Shown here: positions 47,073-56,975 of the stretch, piece by piece
Numbering within the stretch: position 1 is the first letter of the stretch
Layout: every line of letters starts with the position of its first letter
Sequence record: DRR723986_2443
Length of the DNA stretch: 64,000 nt
Direction: 5' to 3' (one strand)
Program-made: the position numbers and the translations under genes
Notes under the pieces: generated by a model
The model's input: the letters and a program-made list of their open reading frames with translations, nothing else
What the model was told of the DNA's origin: nothing
Database searches by the model: none

Positions 47073-50000
47073 ATGCGATCAAAAAACACCGCATCGAAAG
47101 CCAGACGTGATGCAAGAGCTGCCGTAAGAGCACAGTACCGTATGGCGGAAGCTGATATTCTCGGCGACTTGATGAAATCATCAGCACCGAACGCACCGAC
47201 CCGGGCTAGGGCTTGCGCTAAAGCCATTGGTTTTGTTGAAACCTTGCGCGCCGAAAAAGACCTGGGCCTTATGGAAGTTTTCCTTGCTGAATACGGCTTG
47301 TCCACCGATGAAGGCGTTGCTTTGATGTGTTTGGCCGAAGCATTGCTGCGGGTGCCCGATACAGAGACAATCGATGCGCTGATTGAAGATAAAATAGTAC
47401 CATCCCGCTGGCAGGACCATGTGGGCGATTCTGAAAGTTCTCTGGTTAATGCGTCTACGCTTGCGTTGATGTTGGCGGGCAAGGTGTTGGACCCTGCGCC
47501 GCCTGCGGGCATATTGGCGGTTGTGCGCGGTGCTACCAAGCGCTTGGGCGAGCCGGTTATACGGGCAGCGGTTGCGCGGTCTATGAAATTGTTGGGAAAG
47601 CAATTTGTCCTCGGGCGCACCATTCAGGAGGCAGTGAAGCAAGGGGTACCGCAGGAAAAAGAAGGCTTTAGTTTTTCCTATGACATGCTCGGCGAGGCCG
47701 CGATGACGGCACGAGACGCTAAAGTTTACTATGATGCCTACAGCGCTTCGATTGCGTTTCTTGCCGAGAAATGCACAAACACCGATATTCGCGATAACCC
47801 GGGCATTTCAATTAAGCTATCTGCGCTGCATTCACGCTATGAAGAAAGCCAGCGTGACCGCGTTCTGACCGAAATGGTGCCTTTGGTAACCAAATTGGCG
47901 GTGGATGCGAAGACGGCAGGCATGGGCTTAAACATAGATGCGGAAGAAGCTGACAGGCTTGATCTATCGTTAGACATTATCGAAGCTGTGCTGCAAAACC
48001 CACGATTGGCCGGATGGGATGGTTTTGGCGTGGTGGTTCAGGCCTACGGTAAGCGCGCCGGGGCGGTTATCGATTGGTTATACCAATTGGCTTGTGACCT
48101 AAACCGCAAGATTATGGTGCGTTTGGTCAAAGGGGCATACTGGGATACGGAAATAAAGCGGGCGCAAGTAGACGGCGTGGCTGATTTTCCAGTGTTTGTG
48201 CGCAAAGCCGCCACCGATGTTTCTTATATTTGCTGCGCCCAAAAATTATTTTCCATGACAGACCGAATTTACCCGCAATTTGCCACCCATAATGCTCATA
48301 CAGTGGCAACAATTCTTGAACTAGCCGGTGAAGACAAACCATTTGAGTTTCAACGCCTGCACGGCATGGGTGAGGCGCTTTTGAACACCGTTATGCAACT
48401 AGAAAATTGCCGGTGCCGTATCTATGCGCCGGTAGGTGCACATAAAGATTTGCTGGCCTATCTTGTGCGCCGGTTGCTTGAAAATGGGGCCAATTCTTCG
48501 TTCGTTAATCAAATTATCGATGAAACGGTGCCTGCTCATGTGGTTGCGGCAGACCCTTTTGATACCCTTGAGAACACAACAGCTACAGTTGAAGGTGTTA
48601 TTGCTGTGCCGCCGAACCTATATGGTCCTAAAAGGCGCAACTCCAAAGGCTGGGATTTGCGCAATATCAGCGACATAAAAGCCTATGATGCTGCGCGCGA
48701 AACATTTAAAGCCCGCCAGTGGCGCGCCGAGCCAACCCATTATAACGGGCTGGGTGGAGAAACGGTTACAATAGCTAACCCTGCAAACGAGAAGGATGTG
48801 GTCGGGGTAGCTATTCATGCTGATGCATCCCTTGTTGAGGCGGCCATTGCCAATGCGCAGGCTTGGAATGCCCCGGTTGCCGAGCGTATAGGTATATTGC
48901 TCGCCGCTGCAGACTTGTTTGAAGATAACAGCGGTGAAATATTCGCCTTGTTAACCCGCGAGGCAGGCAAAACCCCGGTTGATGCGATCGCGGAACTGCG
49001 CGAAGCGGTTGATTTTTTGCGTTTTTATGCCGTTGAGGCTGCAAATCACGCCGATCGCAACCCATGCGGGTTGTTTGCTTGTATTTCGCCTTGGAATTTT
49101 CCGCTCGCCATATTCACCGGCCAAATTGTTGCGGCTTTGGTAACCGGTAACGGGGTTCTAGCGAAACCGGCTGAGGCCACGCCGCTAATTGCTGCCTTAG
49201 CGGTACGCCTGCTGCACAAAGCGGGTGTGCCAAAAACCGCATTGCAATTGGTGCCGGGAACAGGGCCAGTTGTTGGTTCTTTGCTTAGCAGTGACCCGCG
49301 CGTTGGCGGGGTTTGTTTCACGGGTTCAACGGCGACGGCTCAAACGATTAATCGCACCATGGCGCAGCATCTTTCGCCGCATGCCCCGCTTATAGCGGAA
49401 ACGGGGGGCATAAATGCCATGATTGTGGATTCCACCGCCCTTGCTGAGCAAGCTGTGCGGGACATTGTGGCGTCAGCGTTTCAGTCGGCGGGGCAGCGTT
49501 GCTCTGCCTTGCGCGTGCTGTATGTGCAGAAAGACATCGCTGATCATCTGCTCTCTATGCTTTATGGCGCTATGGATGAACTTGTGATTGCTGACCCTTG
49601 GCATTTTGATACGGACCTAGGTCCGGTGATTGACCAAAAGGCAAAAGCGGCAATTATCAAACACTGCCAGCAGGCCGAAACCGAAGGCCGTATTCTAAAG
49701 CAATTGTCCTGCCCGGCGGATGGTCATTTCGTTTCACCAACGGTGATCGCTGTAGATGGCATTGAGCAGCTAAAGCGTGAAATATTCGGACCTGTGCTGC
49801 ATGTGGCTACATTTGAATCTAATGAGATTGATGCCGTGATTGAGGCAGTCAATGCTACCGGCTTTGGCCTTACCTTTGGTTTGCACACCCGGATTAATGA
49901 CCGGGTTGACCATATCGCCCAGCGTATTCGTGTAGGCAACTTTTATATCAATCGTAACCAAATTGGTGCTGTGGTTGGCTCCCAGCCATTTGGCGGTGAA

Positions 50001-50579
50001 GGCTTGTCTGGCACGGGGCCGAAGGCAGGTGGCCCGCACTATTTAAAGCGCTTTTTGCGTGAAAATCACTGCCCCATCAAAACAGACGCTGGAGAGGCTT
50101 TGTTTGTGGATGAAGTTCAGCGAGCAATTGATTTTGTTGGCGTGACGGAGCAACGGCCTTTGGCCACCGTTGATATGCCCGGACCTACGGGAGAGAAAAA
50201 TCAATTGTCTGTGGTTCCGCGCGGGCTCATTTTATGTTTAGGGCCGACGGCAGAATGCGCAAAGCAGCAGGCTGAAATTGCGCGCGAGCAAGGCTGCGCG
50301 GCGCTGGTCGTTGCACCTGGTGCAGAAGGAACGCACGCTCTTTCATGTGTGTTGGAGCTTGATCATTTAGTAAGCCTAACGGGCTTCGCGGCTGTCGCTC
50401 ATTGGGGCGATGAAACAACACAACGCCAAGCCCATACTGCACTTGCGGCACGAAGCGGCGCGCTGATTCCGTTGTTCACTTCTATGGAAATGGCACATTG
50501 GTGTCATTTGGAGCGGCATATCTGTATTGATACAACAGCAGCGGGCGGCAATGCGTCACTGCTGTCTGCCGGTCTCTAG
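47073..50579 (+). CDS. putA: Bifunctional proline dehydrogenase / glutamate-semialdehyde dehydrogenase
   Basis: SYDMLGEAA, IDAEE, RLVKGAYWD, YLVRRLLENGANSSF, SPWNFPLAIF, AGQRCSA. Confidence 0.97.
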   Translation: MRSKNTASKARRDARAAVRAQYRMAEADILGDLMKSSAPNAPTRARACAKAIGFVETLRAEKDLGLMEVFLAEYGLSTDEGVALMCLAEALLRVPDTETIDALIEDKIVPSRWQDHVGDSESSLVNASTLALMLAGKVLDPAPPAGILAVVRGATKRLGEPVIRAAVARSMKLLGKQFVLGRTIQEAVKQGVPQEKEGFSFSYDMLGEAAMTARDAKVYYDAYSASIAFLAEKCTNTDIRDNPGISIKLSALHSRYEESQRDRVLTEMVPLVTKLAVDAKTAGMGLNIDAEEADRLDLSLDIIEAVLQNPRLAGWDGFGVVVQAYGKRAGAVIDWLYQLACDLNRKIMVRLVKGAYWDTEIKRAQVDGVADFPVFVRKAATDVSYICCAQKLFSMTDRIYPQFATHNAHTVATILELAGEDKPFEFQRLHGMGEALLNTVMQLENCRCRIYAPVGAHKDLLAYLVRRLLENGANSSFVNQIIDETVPAHVVAADPFDTLENTTATVEGVIAVPPNLYGPKRRNSKGWDLRNISDIKAYDAARETFKARQWRAEPTHYNGLGGETVTIANPANEKDVVGVAIHADASLVEAAIANAQAWNAPVAERIGILLAAADLFEDNSGEIFALLTREAGKTPVDAIAELREAVDFLRFYAVEAANHADRNPCGLFACISPWNFPLAIFTGQIVAALVTGNGVLAKPAEATPLIAALAVRLLHKAGVPKTALQLVPGTGPVVGSLLSSDPRVGGVCFTGSTATAQTINRTMAQHLSPHAPLIAETGGINAMIVDSTALAEQAVRDIVASAFQSAGQRCSALRVLYVQKDIADHLLSMLYGAMDELVIADPWHFDTDLGPVIDQKAKAAIIKHCQQAETEGRILKQLSCPADGHFVSPTVIAVDGIEQLKREIFGPVLHVATFESNEIDAVIEAVNATGFGLTFGLHTRINDRVDHIAQRIRVGNFYINRNQIGAVVGSQPFGGEGLSGTGPKAGGPHYLKRFLRENHCPIKTDAGEALFVDEVQRAIDFVGVTEQRPLATVDMPGPTGEKNQLSVVPRGLILCLGPTAECAKQQAEIAREQGCAALVVAPGAEGTHALSCVLELDHLVSLTGFAAVAHWGDETTQRQAHTALAARSGALIPLFTSMEMAHWCHLERHICIDTTAAGGNASLLSAGL

Positions 50580-51943
50580 TCCGTTTTGTTTTGCCCATTG
50601 AAACGCACAATAATTTCACCCAATGCCAGCAATACAATTGAACCGCTAAGCACCGGCCATTGAATGCCGCCCTCAGGTGTGTAGATAAACAATATAATCG
50701 TGATGCTTAGGATCAGAGTACATATGGTGGCCAACATAACCGGAAGCCAAGCTGGTCCGCCAATTTGAAAAGGCCTTTCGCGTTCGGGCTCAGTGCGGCG
50801 CAGTTTCAAATAAGCAAACATCATTGCCACATAAGGGATCATAAAAATAACGCCACTGAAGGCAAATAGAGAATAGAAAAGCTCTTCGTTGCTGCCCGCC
50901 AGAAAGCCGTAAAGCACTAGAATAACTGTGCTGGCTATGCCCAGTGCCACTGCGGCACCTACTGGAGTGCCATGTTTTTTGCTTTCCTTGGCGAAAAAGG
51001 CGGGCAACTCTCCTTCAATGGCGGCCTCAGCTGCAGCGCGGTTACTGCCCATTGCCCAGGTAACCCCATTAGAGAAAAACGTATAGAGCGTGCCGATAGC
51101 CAACAGAATTACAAACAATCTACCCAGGTCACTGCCACCAAAAAACAACATTAAAGTATCCACCAGGCCTTCAACCAAGTTGATGTTTGCAACAGGGATA
51201 GCAATCAAAACGGCAACAGTGGAAAGGATATATAGCGCAATGATAATAACGCCCGAAATAAGAATGCCGTAGGGTACGTCTTTCTTAGGGTTTTTTATCT
51301 CGTCGGCACCGGCGCAAATAAGTTCAAACCCCAGCATGCCGTATATGATGACCGGGAGATATTGCAGCCCGTCACCCAGATTGGGTGTGAGTGTAGCCAG
51401 TGAAATTTCGTTGGCGGCCCCATTTTCTGAAAAATACAGCGCCGCACCAATAATGACGGCGGCAAAAACAATCAGCTTAATCACCGCACCTACATTGGGA
51501 ACCCATTTACCGATATCGAGGGTAATGCTGTTCACCAGTACGGTTAGCCATGCCAGACCAACCCCAATCATGATTTGTCCCATTAGCGACATATCTGGCC
51601 AGAACAGCTGTTTGAAAATACCGGCAAATATAATGTAGATCGCGGGGCACCACACTGCCACGTTCACCCAGTAAGACCACGTTATACGCGAGGCCCAACG
51701 GCTTCCGTATGCACGGCGCACCCATGCGTAAATACCGCCTTGGTCAGGGTAGGCACAGCCCAGTTCTGCGGAGATTAACGAGAAAGGAATGAAGAAGACC
51801 AGCCCGAGAAAGACCCACCAAAAAATGCTGGAAGCACCGATAGCCGCACCGGCGGCGACAGTATCGAGCAATAAAATTGCTGAAATACAAAATAAGATGA
51901 TGTCTTTTTTGCCAATGACTTTTTCATGTTCAACAGATGCCAT
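50576..51943 (-). CDS. APC-family amino acid/polyamine permease
   Basis: About 12 TM helices; AELGCAYPDQGGIYAWV; GFEL; ERPF. Confidence 0.88.
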   Translation of the reverse strand: MASVEHEKVIGKKDIILFCISAILLLDTVAAGAAIGASSIFWWVFLGLVFFIPFSLISAELGCAYPDQGGIYAWVRRAYGSRWASRITWSYWVNVAVWCPAIYIIFAGIFKQLFWPDMSLMGQIMIGVGLAWLTVLVNSITLDIGKWVPNVGAVIKLIVFAAVIIGAALYFSENGAANEISLATLTPNLGDGLQYLPVIIYGMLGFELICAGADEIKNPKKDVPYGILISGVIIIALYILSTVAVLIAIPVANINLVEGLVDTLMLFFGGSDLGRLFVILLAIGTLYTFFSNGVTWAMGSNRAAAEAAIEGELPAFFAKESKKHGTPVGAAVALGIASTVILVLYGFLAGSNEELFYSLFAFSGVIFMIPYVAMMFAYLKLRRTEPERERPFQIGGPAWLPVMLATICTLILSITIILFIYTPEGGIQWPVLSGSIVLLALGEIIVRFNGQNKTD

Positions 51944-52033
51944 GGTCGCCCCCTTGTTTTCCCTTCATCACCCTATCGCGCCATGACCCTATAGGCAAAT
52001 GAACCATGCCGTTTGTTAGGTTGAGTCACATTA

Positions 52034-52951
52034 CTATTGCAGCAAGCCAAGCGTCGCTGCTTCGGTGCGGATGAAAGTTGCGGCGTCAATGTCAAATAGC
52101 CCATTACATGAAAGCATACTTGCGGGAAGACTGATCACCGGCAGTTCTTCTAAAAGCTGATTAACAAGCGGGCTTTGGGACAACGACCAGCGCGAAGCCG
52201 GGCGCGGCAATTCAAAATAGCTTGTGATGATTAGGTCAGGCTTGGTTTTGGCGATGGCTTCAAGCGGCAGGGGCTGCCAACCCTGCAAAGCATAGTCTTC
52301 GGCTACTGTGCCCAAGCCGGCCGCAGCGATGATCGAAGTCACGCTGGTGCCGGTGCCAGCCGTGTAACCGCTCGGGGTGACATAAAGCGCCTTTAAGTCA
52401 GATGGCGGCATGGCTTCAAGGTTTGCCTGCATTGCTTTCCGCTCGCTGACAAAAGCGCGGGCCTTGTCGCCGCGACCAATTTTACCGCCAAAATCAACAA
52501 GGGTTTGCAGCGCTTTGTCCGGCGAATTTGCAAACGGTATTGTATGCGCTTCAATGCCTGCTCGCTCAAAAAGGGTATCTATTTGAGGGCTACCGCGCCA
52601 ATGGCGCAAAACCATATCAGGGCCGGACGCAAGAATTTCCTCGGAGTTGCCCCTCAGATGAGGCATGCCAGCGGCGCGATTGCTAAAGAAGGAATAAACA
52701 CTGGAGGCATCGGCAGAAAGGCCCAATATTTGGTCTCTATCAGCAAGCGCCAGAACATATTGGTCAGAACAATAATCCAATGACAGTAACGTTGGTGATG
52801 ACTGAGTTTGCGCGTCTTTGTCCGTGTTGTTTGCCGCCGTGCTGCTCTGGTTTTCTCTCGCCGAAACGAATGGGTCTGGGTGTGCACAGCAGAGAAGACC
52901 CAGCAAGACAATGCGAGCAAGAGAAACATCTGTCAGGCAGCGTTTAATCAT
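52034..52951 (-). CDS. ABC substrate-binding protein, iron-siderophore/cobalamin (BtuF-like) family
   Basis: LSLDYCSDQYVLALAD, EEILASGPDMV, TAGTGT, LEAIAKTKPDLII. Confidence 0.75.
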   Translation of the reverse strand: MIKRCLTDVSLARIVLLGLLCCAHPDPFVSARENQSSTAANNTDKDAQTQSSPTLLSLDYCSDQYVLALADRDQILGLSADASSVYSFFSNRAAGMPHLRGNSEEILASGPDMVLRHWRGSPQIDTLFERAGIEAHTIPFANSPDKALQTLVDFGGKIGRGDKARAFVSERKAMQANLEAMPPSDLKALYVTPSGYTAGTGTSVTSIIAAAGLGTVAEDYALQGWQPLPLEAIAKTKPDLIITSYFELPRPASRWSLSQSPLVNQLLEELPVISLPASMLSCNGLFDIDAATFIRTEAATLGLLQ

Positions 52952-53225
52952 AGATCCTCATGTTCAACTCTGGTGTTGGAACAGACAACCAACCGTGCCT
53001 TTACAGCTAATGGGGCTATACCCAGTTGGCAATATAAACTTGGGTATCTATTGCCGGTACAATTTCCGAGTGGTGGCGGAATCATCACAATTAAGGGGTA
53101 TCAAGCGAAAAAACATACCAAACTGTCATAATAGCGTAGCATAGCGGCATGTCTTGAGGTATTTGACTATATAAAGAAAGCGTTCCAATTGATGGACGCA
53201 AAGAGATGAAGCAGGACTAATTGTA

Positions 53226-54089
53226 ATGTGCCCAGCTATTGTACCTGAGGGCCAGCAGCGCGGTTACCTCGTTCCCATAGGCGGAGCTGAGGACAAAGAA
53301 ACCAAACCAACCATTCTCAAACGGTTTACTGAAATTTGCGGTGGCTCAAAGTCACGTATTGTTGTGATCCCTACGGCGTCAAGGCTTGATGATACCGGTC
53401 GTATGTACCAAAAGCTGTTTAAGCGACTGGGAGCGGGGGATGTGTCTTACATTCCGATAACCAGCCGCGAGGATTGCGATAATCCGGATTATGCTGCTGA
53501 ATGCGATCAGGCAACTGGCATATTTATCACGGGCGGCAATCAGCTGCGGTTGACAACCATTTTGGGTGGGACAGCTGTGGCGCAGTCGATCCGGCGCGGC
53601 AACGCAGTCGGTGTTCACGTGGCAGGAACATCTGCTGGTGCCTCAATTATGGCGGAACATATGATGGCGGGTGGCCGTGGAGACGACGGTGCGCGCGAAG
53701 GCGGCGCCTCGCTTGCGCCGGGACTGGGTCTGACCAATGCAGCGATCATTGATCAACATTTTTCGGAGCGCAACCGTCTGGGTCGTTTGCTTTCAGCGGT
53801 GGCATATAATCCGTTTTTGTTTGGTGTTGGCGTTGACGAAGACACCGCTGCGTTCATTGACCCCTATAATGTGATTGAAGTGGTTGGCAGCGGCGGTGTT
53901 ACCATTGTTGATGGTTCGGGCCTGAAATATTCTTCACTAAGTCAGGCAAGGCAAGGCCAGGCATTGGGGCTTTTGGGGTTAAAACTCGATATATTGCATG
54001 AAGGTTGTCACTATGACCTGAATAACCGCGAGGCCTTTCCGCCTGCAGAGGACGGGCAGGGACATTGCAACATTTCGGTGGGAGACTAG
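53226..54089 (+). CDS. cphB: Cyanophycinase (intracellular)
   Basis: IGGAEDK, GIFITGGNQLRL, AGTSAGA (Ser), IDQHF (His), GVDEDT (Glu). Confidence 0.95.
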   Translation: MCPAIVPEGQQRGYLVPIGGAEDKETKPTILKRFTEICGGSKSRIVVIPTASRLDDTGRMYQKLFKRLGAGDVSYIPITSREDCDNPDYAAECDQATGIFITGGNQLRLTTILGGTAVAQSIRRGNAVGVHVAGTSAGASIMAEHMMAGGRGDDGAREGGASLAPGLGLTNAAIIDQHFSERNRLGRLLSAVAYNPFLFGVGVDEDTAAFIDPYNVIEVVGSGGVTIVDGSGLKYSSLSQARQGQALGLLGLKLDILHEGCHYDLNNREAFPPAEDGQGHCNISVGD

Positions 54090-54158
54090 CCGGGCTGGCC
54101 AGCAAAAGAAATAAATGACGAACACTTATAATTTATAATTCAAGTCGGGGGACGATCG

Positions 54159-56960
54159 ATGAAAATTCTTAGTAGCAATGTCTATGTTGGACCCAATATG
54201 TACGCGAAATTTCGCGTTATTCGACATGTGCTTGATTTGGGTGTTCTGGAAGATTGGCCATCGGTTAAACTCGGCAAAGGCTTCACAGAAGGCTTGGTAG
54301 AAGCCTTGCCAGGATTGGGTGAACATGGTTGTTCCTATAGAACAGAAGGAGGTTTTCTGCGCCGTTTGCGCGAGGACGAAGGTACTTGGATGGGCCACAT
54401 TATGGAACATGTGGCCATTGAATTACAGTGTGTTGCCGGTAACGCTGTAACCTATGGCAGAACCCGCTCAACTGGCGAGCCAGGCCAGTATAATATGGTT
54501 TATGCTTACAAGCACCGTGATGTGGGCTTGGCCGCTGGCCAGTTGGCGATAAAATTGTTAATGCATTTGTTGCCCGCTGAAGTTCAGGCGCAAGTTGACT
54601 ATGAAATTGAAGAAGACTTCGATTGGGATGATGAGTTAACTACCTTCATCCGCCGGGCACAGCGGCACGCATTTGGTCCCAGTACCGGGTCGCTTGTTGC
54701 TGCAGCAGAAGAGCGTGATGTTCCGTGGCTGCGGTTAAATGCGCATAGTTTGGTTCAGTTTGGTCACGGTAAGTATCAGAAGCGTATTCAGGCCACCATC
54801 ACCAGCGAAACCCGGCATATTGCCGTGGAAATATCCTGCGATAAGGAAGACACGCACCGCTTGTTAAATGACTTGGGCCTGCCGGTACCACAGCAATATA
54901 TGATTTACAGCCCGCGCGAGGCCGCACGCGCTGCCAACAAAATTGGCTTCCCTGTGGTGGTGAAACCCTTGAGCGCCAACCATGGCCGTGGTGTAACCAT
55001 CAACATCAACACTGACGAAGAAGCCCGCACGGCATTCGCTATGGCAAAAGAACAGGGCACCAGCCGTGCTGTATTAGTGGAAAGCTTTATCACCGGGTTC
55101 GACCACCGTATGTTGGTGGTAAACAATGAGCTTGTTGCTGTGGCAAAGCGCGTGCCGGGCCACATTGTGGGCGACGGCAAAAAAACCATTGTTGAATTGA
55201 TTGACAAGGTAAACGAAGACCCGCGCCGTGGCGTTGGCCACGAAAAAGTGCTGACGCGCCTTGAGATTGACGCACAAGCAACGCGCTTGATGGAAAAAGC
55301 CGGGTACGATGAGGACACCGTACTTAAGCAAGGCGAGGAATTTTATCTGCGTTCGACTGCGAACCTCTCTACTGGCGGCACGGCGGTGGATATGACCGAT
55401 GTGGTGCACCCCGATAACCGCGAAATGGCGGTGCGCGCGGTGCAGGCCGTTGGCCTTGACGTGGGCGGGGTTGATTTTCTCACCGATGACATCACCCAGT
55501 CATACAAAGACATTGGCGGTGCCATTGTTGAAGTGAACGCAGCGCCCGGTTTCCGTATGCATGTGGCACCCAGCGAAGGCACCCCGCGCGATGTATCCGG
55601 TAAAGTGATTGATATGCTGTTCCCGGTGGACACACCAAGCCGAATTCCCATTGCGGCAATTACCGGCACAAATGGTAAGACAACCACCTCGCGCATGCTG
55701 GCTAACATTATGAAAACATGTGGCTATACGGTGGGCCTTACCACAACTGATGGCATTTATGTGGACGGCAAACAAACTGTGAAAGGTGACACCACCGGGC
55801 CAAAGTCTGCTCAAATGGTGCTGCGCGACCCTACTGTTGATTTTGCCGTCATGGAAACGGCACGCGGTGGTTTGGTGCGCAGTGGTTTGGGCTACGAGTT
55901 CACGGATGTATCTGCTTGTTTGAATGTATCGAGCGACCATTTGGGTATGGGCGGCATTGAAACAATTGAACAGCTAGCCGAAATTAAACGCATCGTTGTA
56001 GAAGCAGCGCGGGGTACGGTTGTGTTAAACGCTGACGACCGTAACTGCCTAATGATGGCAGATTACTGCGATGCTCAGCATATTCTGTATGTAACCATGT
56101 CGCCCGAGCATACATTGGTGAAACAGCATATAAACCTTGGTGGCCGGGCGGTTGTGCTGGAAAAAGGCATGAACGGCGACATGATCACCATTTATGATAA
56201 CGGCACGCACATACCGCTTCTTTGGTCGCACCTTGTGCGCGCCACTATGGAAGGCCGGGCGCGGCACAATGTGCAGAACGCCATGTTCGCTGCTGCGATG
56301 GCCTATAGCTTTGATGTTGATCTGGACAAAATTCGCGATGGTTTACGCACCTTCAACACCAGCTTCTTCCAAGCGCCTGGCCGCATGAATGTATATGACG
56401 AGCATCCGTTCCGGGTCATTCTTGATTATGCACACAACGCAGCTGCTTTTGCTGCCATGGCAAATTTGGTTGGCCAGCTTGACGTACAGGGCAAACGCAT
56501 CGCAGTGATTGCTTGTCCGGGCGACAGGCGGGATGAGGACATTGTTGATAGTGCAGGCACCTTGGCCGGGCATTTTGACCATTATATTTGTAAAGCAGAT
56601 GATAACCGTCGCCGCCGTGGTGTGGATGAAGTACCGCAAATGATGCGCGCCGCTTTGATCAAAAACGGGGTCAGCGATGATGCTATTGAGGTTATTCCTG
56701 ACGAGCAGGAAGCCGTTATGGCAGGGCTGGAACATGCTCAGAAAGGTGATCTGCTGATCGTCTTCGGTGACAATGTGGTCCGTTGTTGGAAACAAATTAT
56801 TCATTACGGCGGAGATGAGCAGCAATCTGAGGGTGCAAGCAATGAAACACAGCCACTGGTGAGCGCCGCCTATGAAGACTTGATTGAAGATGATCAAAAG
56901 TTGATCAGTGATGATCGCGGTGTGCGTTTGGCCCGCGATGATGTTGAAGACGGCGACTAG
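54159..56960 (+). CDS. cphA: Cyanophycin synthetase (CphA1-type, N+G+M domains)
   Basis: N-domain C...HIMEH; ATP-grasp (VVKPLSANHGRGV, ANLSTGG, EVNAAPGFRMH); Mur domain (ITGTNGKTTT, ETARGG, DYAHN). Confidence 0.96.
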   Translation: MKILSSNVYVGPNMYAKFRVIRHVLDLGVLEDWPSVKLGKGFTEGLVEALPGLGEHGCSYRTEGGFLRRLREDEGTWMGHIMEHVAIELQCVAGNAVTYGRTRSTGEPGQYNMVYAYKHRDVGLAAGQLAIKLLMHLLPAEVQAQVDYEIEEDFDWDDELTTFIRRAQRHAFGPSTGSLVAAAEERDVPWLRLNAHSLVQFGHGKYQKRIQATITSETRHIAVEISCDKEDTHRLLNDLGLPVPQQYMIYSPREAARAANKIGFPVVVKPLSANHGRGVTININTDEEARTAFAMAKEQGTSRAVLVESFITGFDHRMLVVNNELVAVAKRVPGHIVGDGKKTIVELIDKVNEDPRRGVGHEKVLTRLEIDAQATRLMEKAGYDEDTVLKQGEEFYLRSTANLSTGGTAVDMTDVVHPDNREMAVRAVQAVGLDVGGVDFLTDDITQSYKDIGGAIVEVNAAPGFRMHVAPSEGTPRDVSGKVIDMLFPVDTPSRIPIAAITGTNGKTTTSRMLANIMKTCGYTVGLTTTDGIYVDGKQTVKGDTTGPKSAQMVLRDPTVDFAVMETARGGLVRSGLGYEFTDVSACLNVSSDHLGMGGIETIEQLAEIKRIVVEAARGTVVLNADDRNCLMMADYCDAQHILYVTMSPEHTLVKQHINLGGRAVVLEKGMNGDMITIYDNGTHIPLLWSHLVRATMEGRARHNVQNAMFAAAMAYSFDVDLDKIRDGLRTFNTSFFQAPGRMNVYDEHPFRVILDYAHNAAAFAAMANLVGQLDVQGKRIAVIACPGDRRDEDIVDSAGTLAGHFDHYICKADDNRRRRGVDEVPQMMRAALIKNGVSDDAIEVIPDEQEAVMAGLEHAQKGDLLIVFGDNVVRCWKQIIHYGGDEQQSEGASNETQPLVSAAYEDLIEDDQKLISDDRGVRLARDDVEDGD

Positions 56961-56975
56961 GTCAGGGGACGATAC

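Noticed and set aside
52952-53225. Canonical cobalamin riboswitch
   Set aside because: AGGGAA, GCCACTG and AGCCAG/GACC B12-box elements not found on the minus strand; kept only as a weak finding
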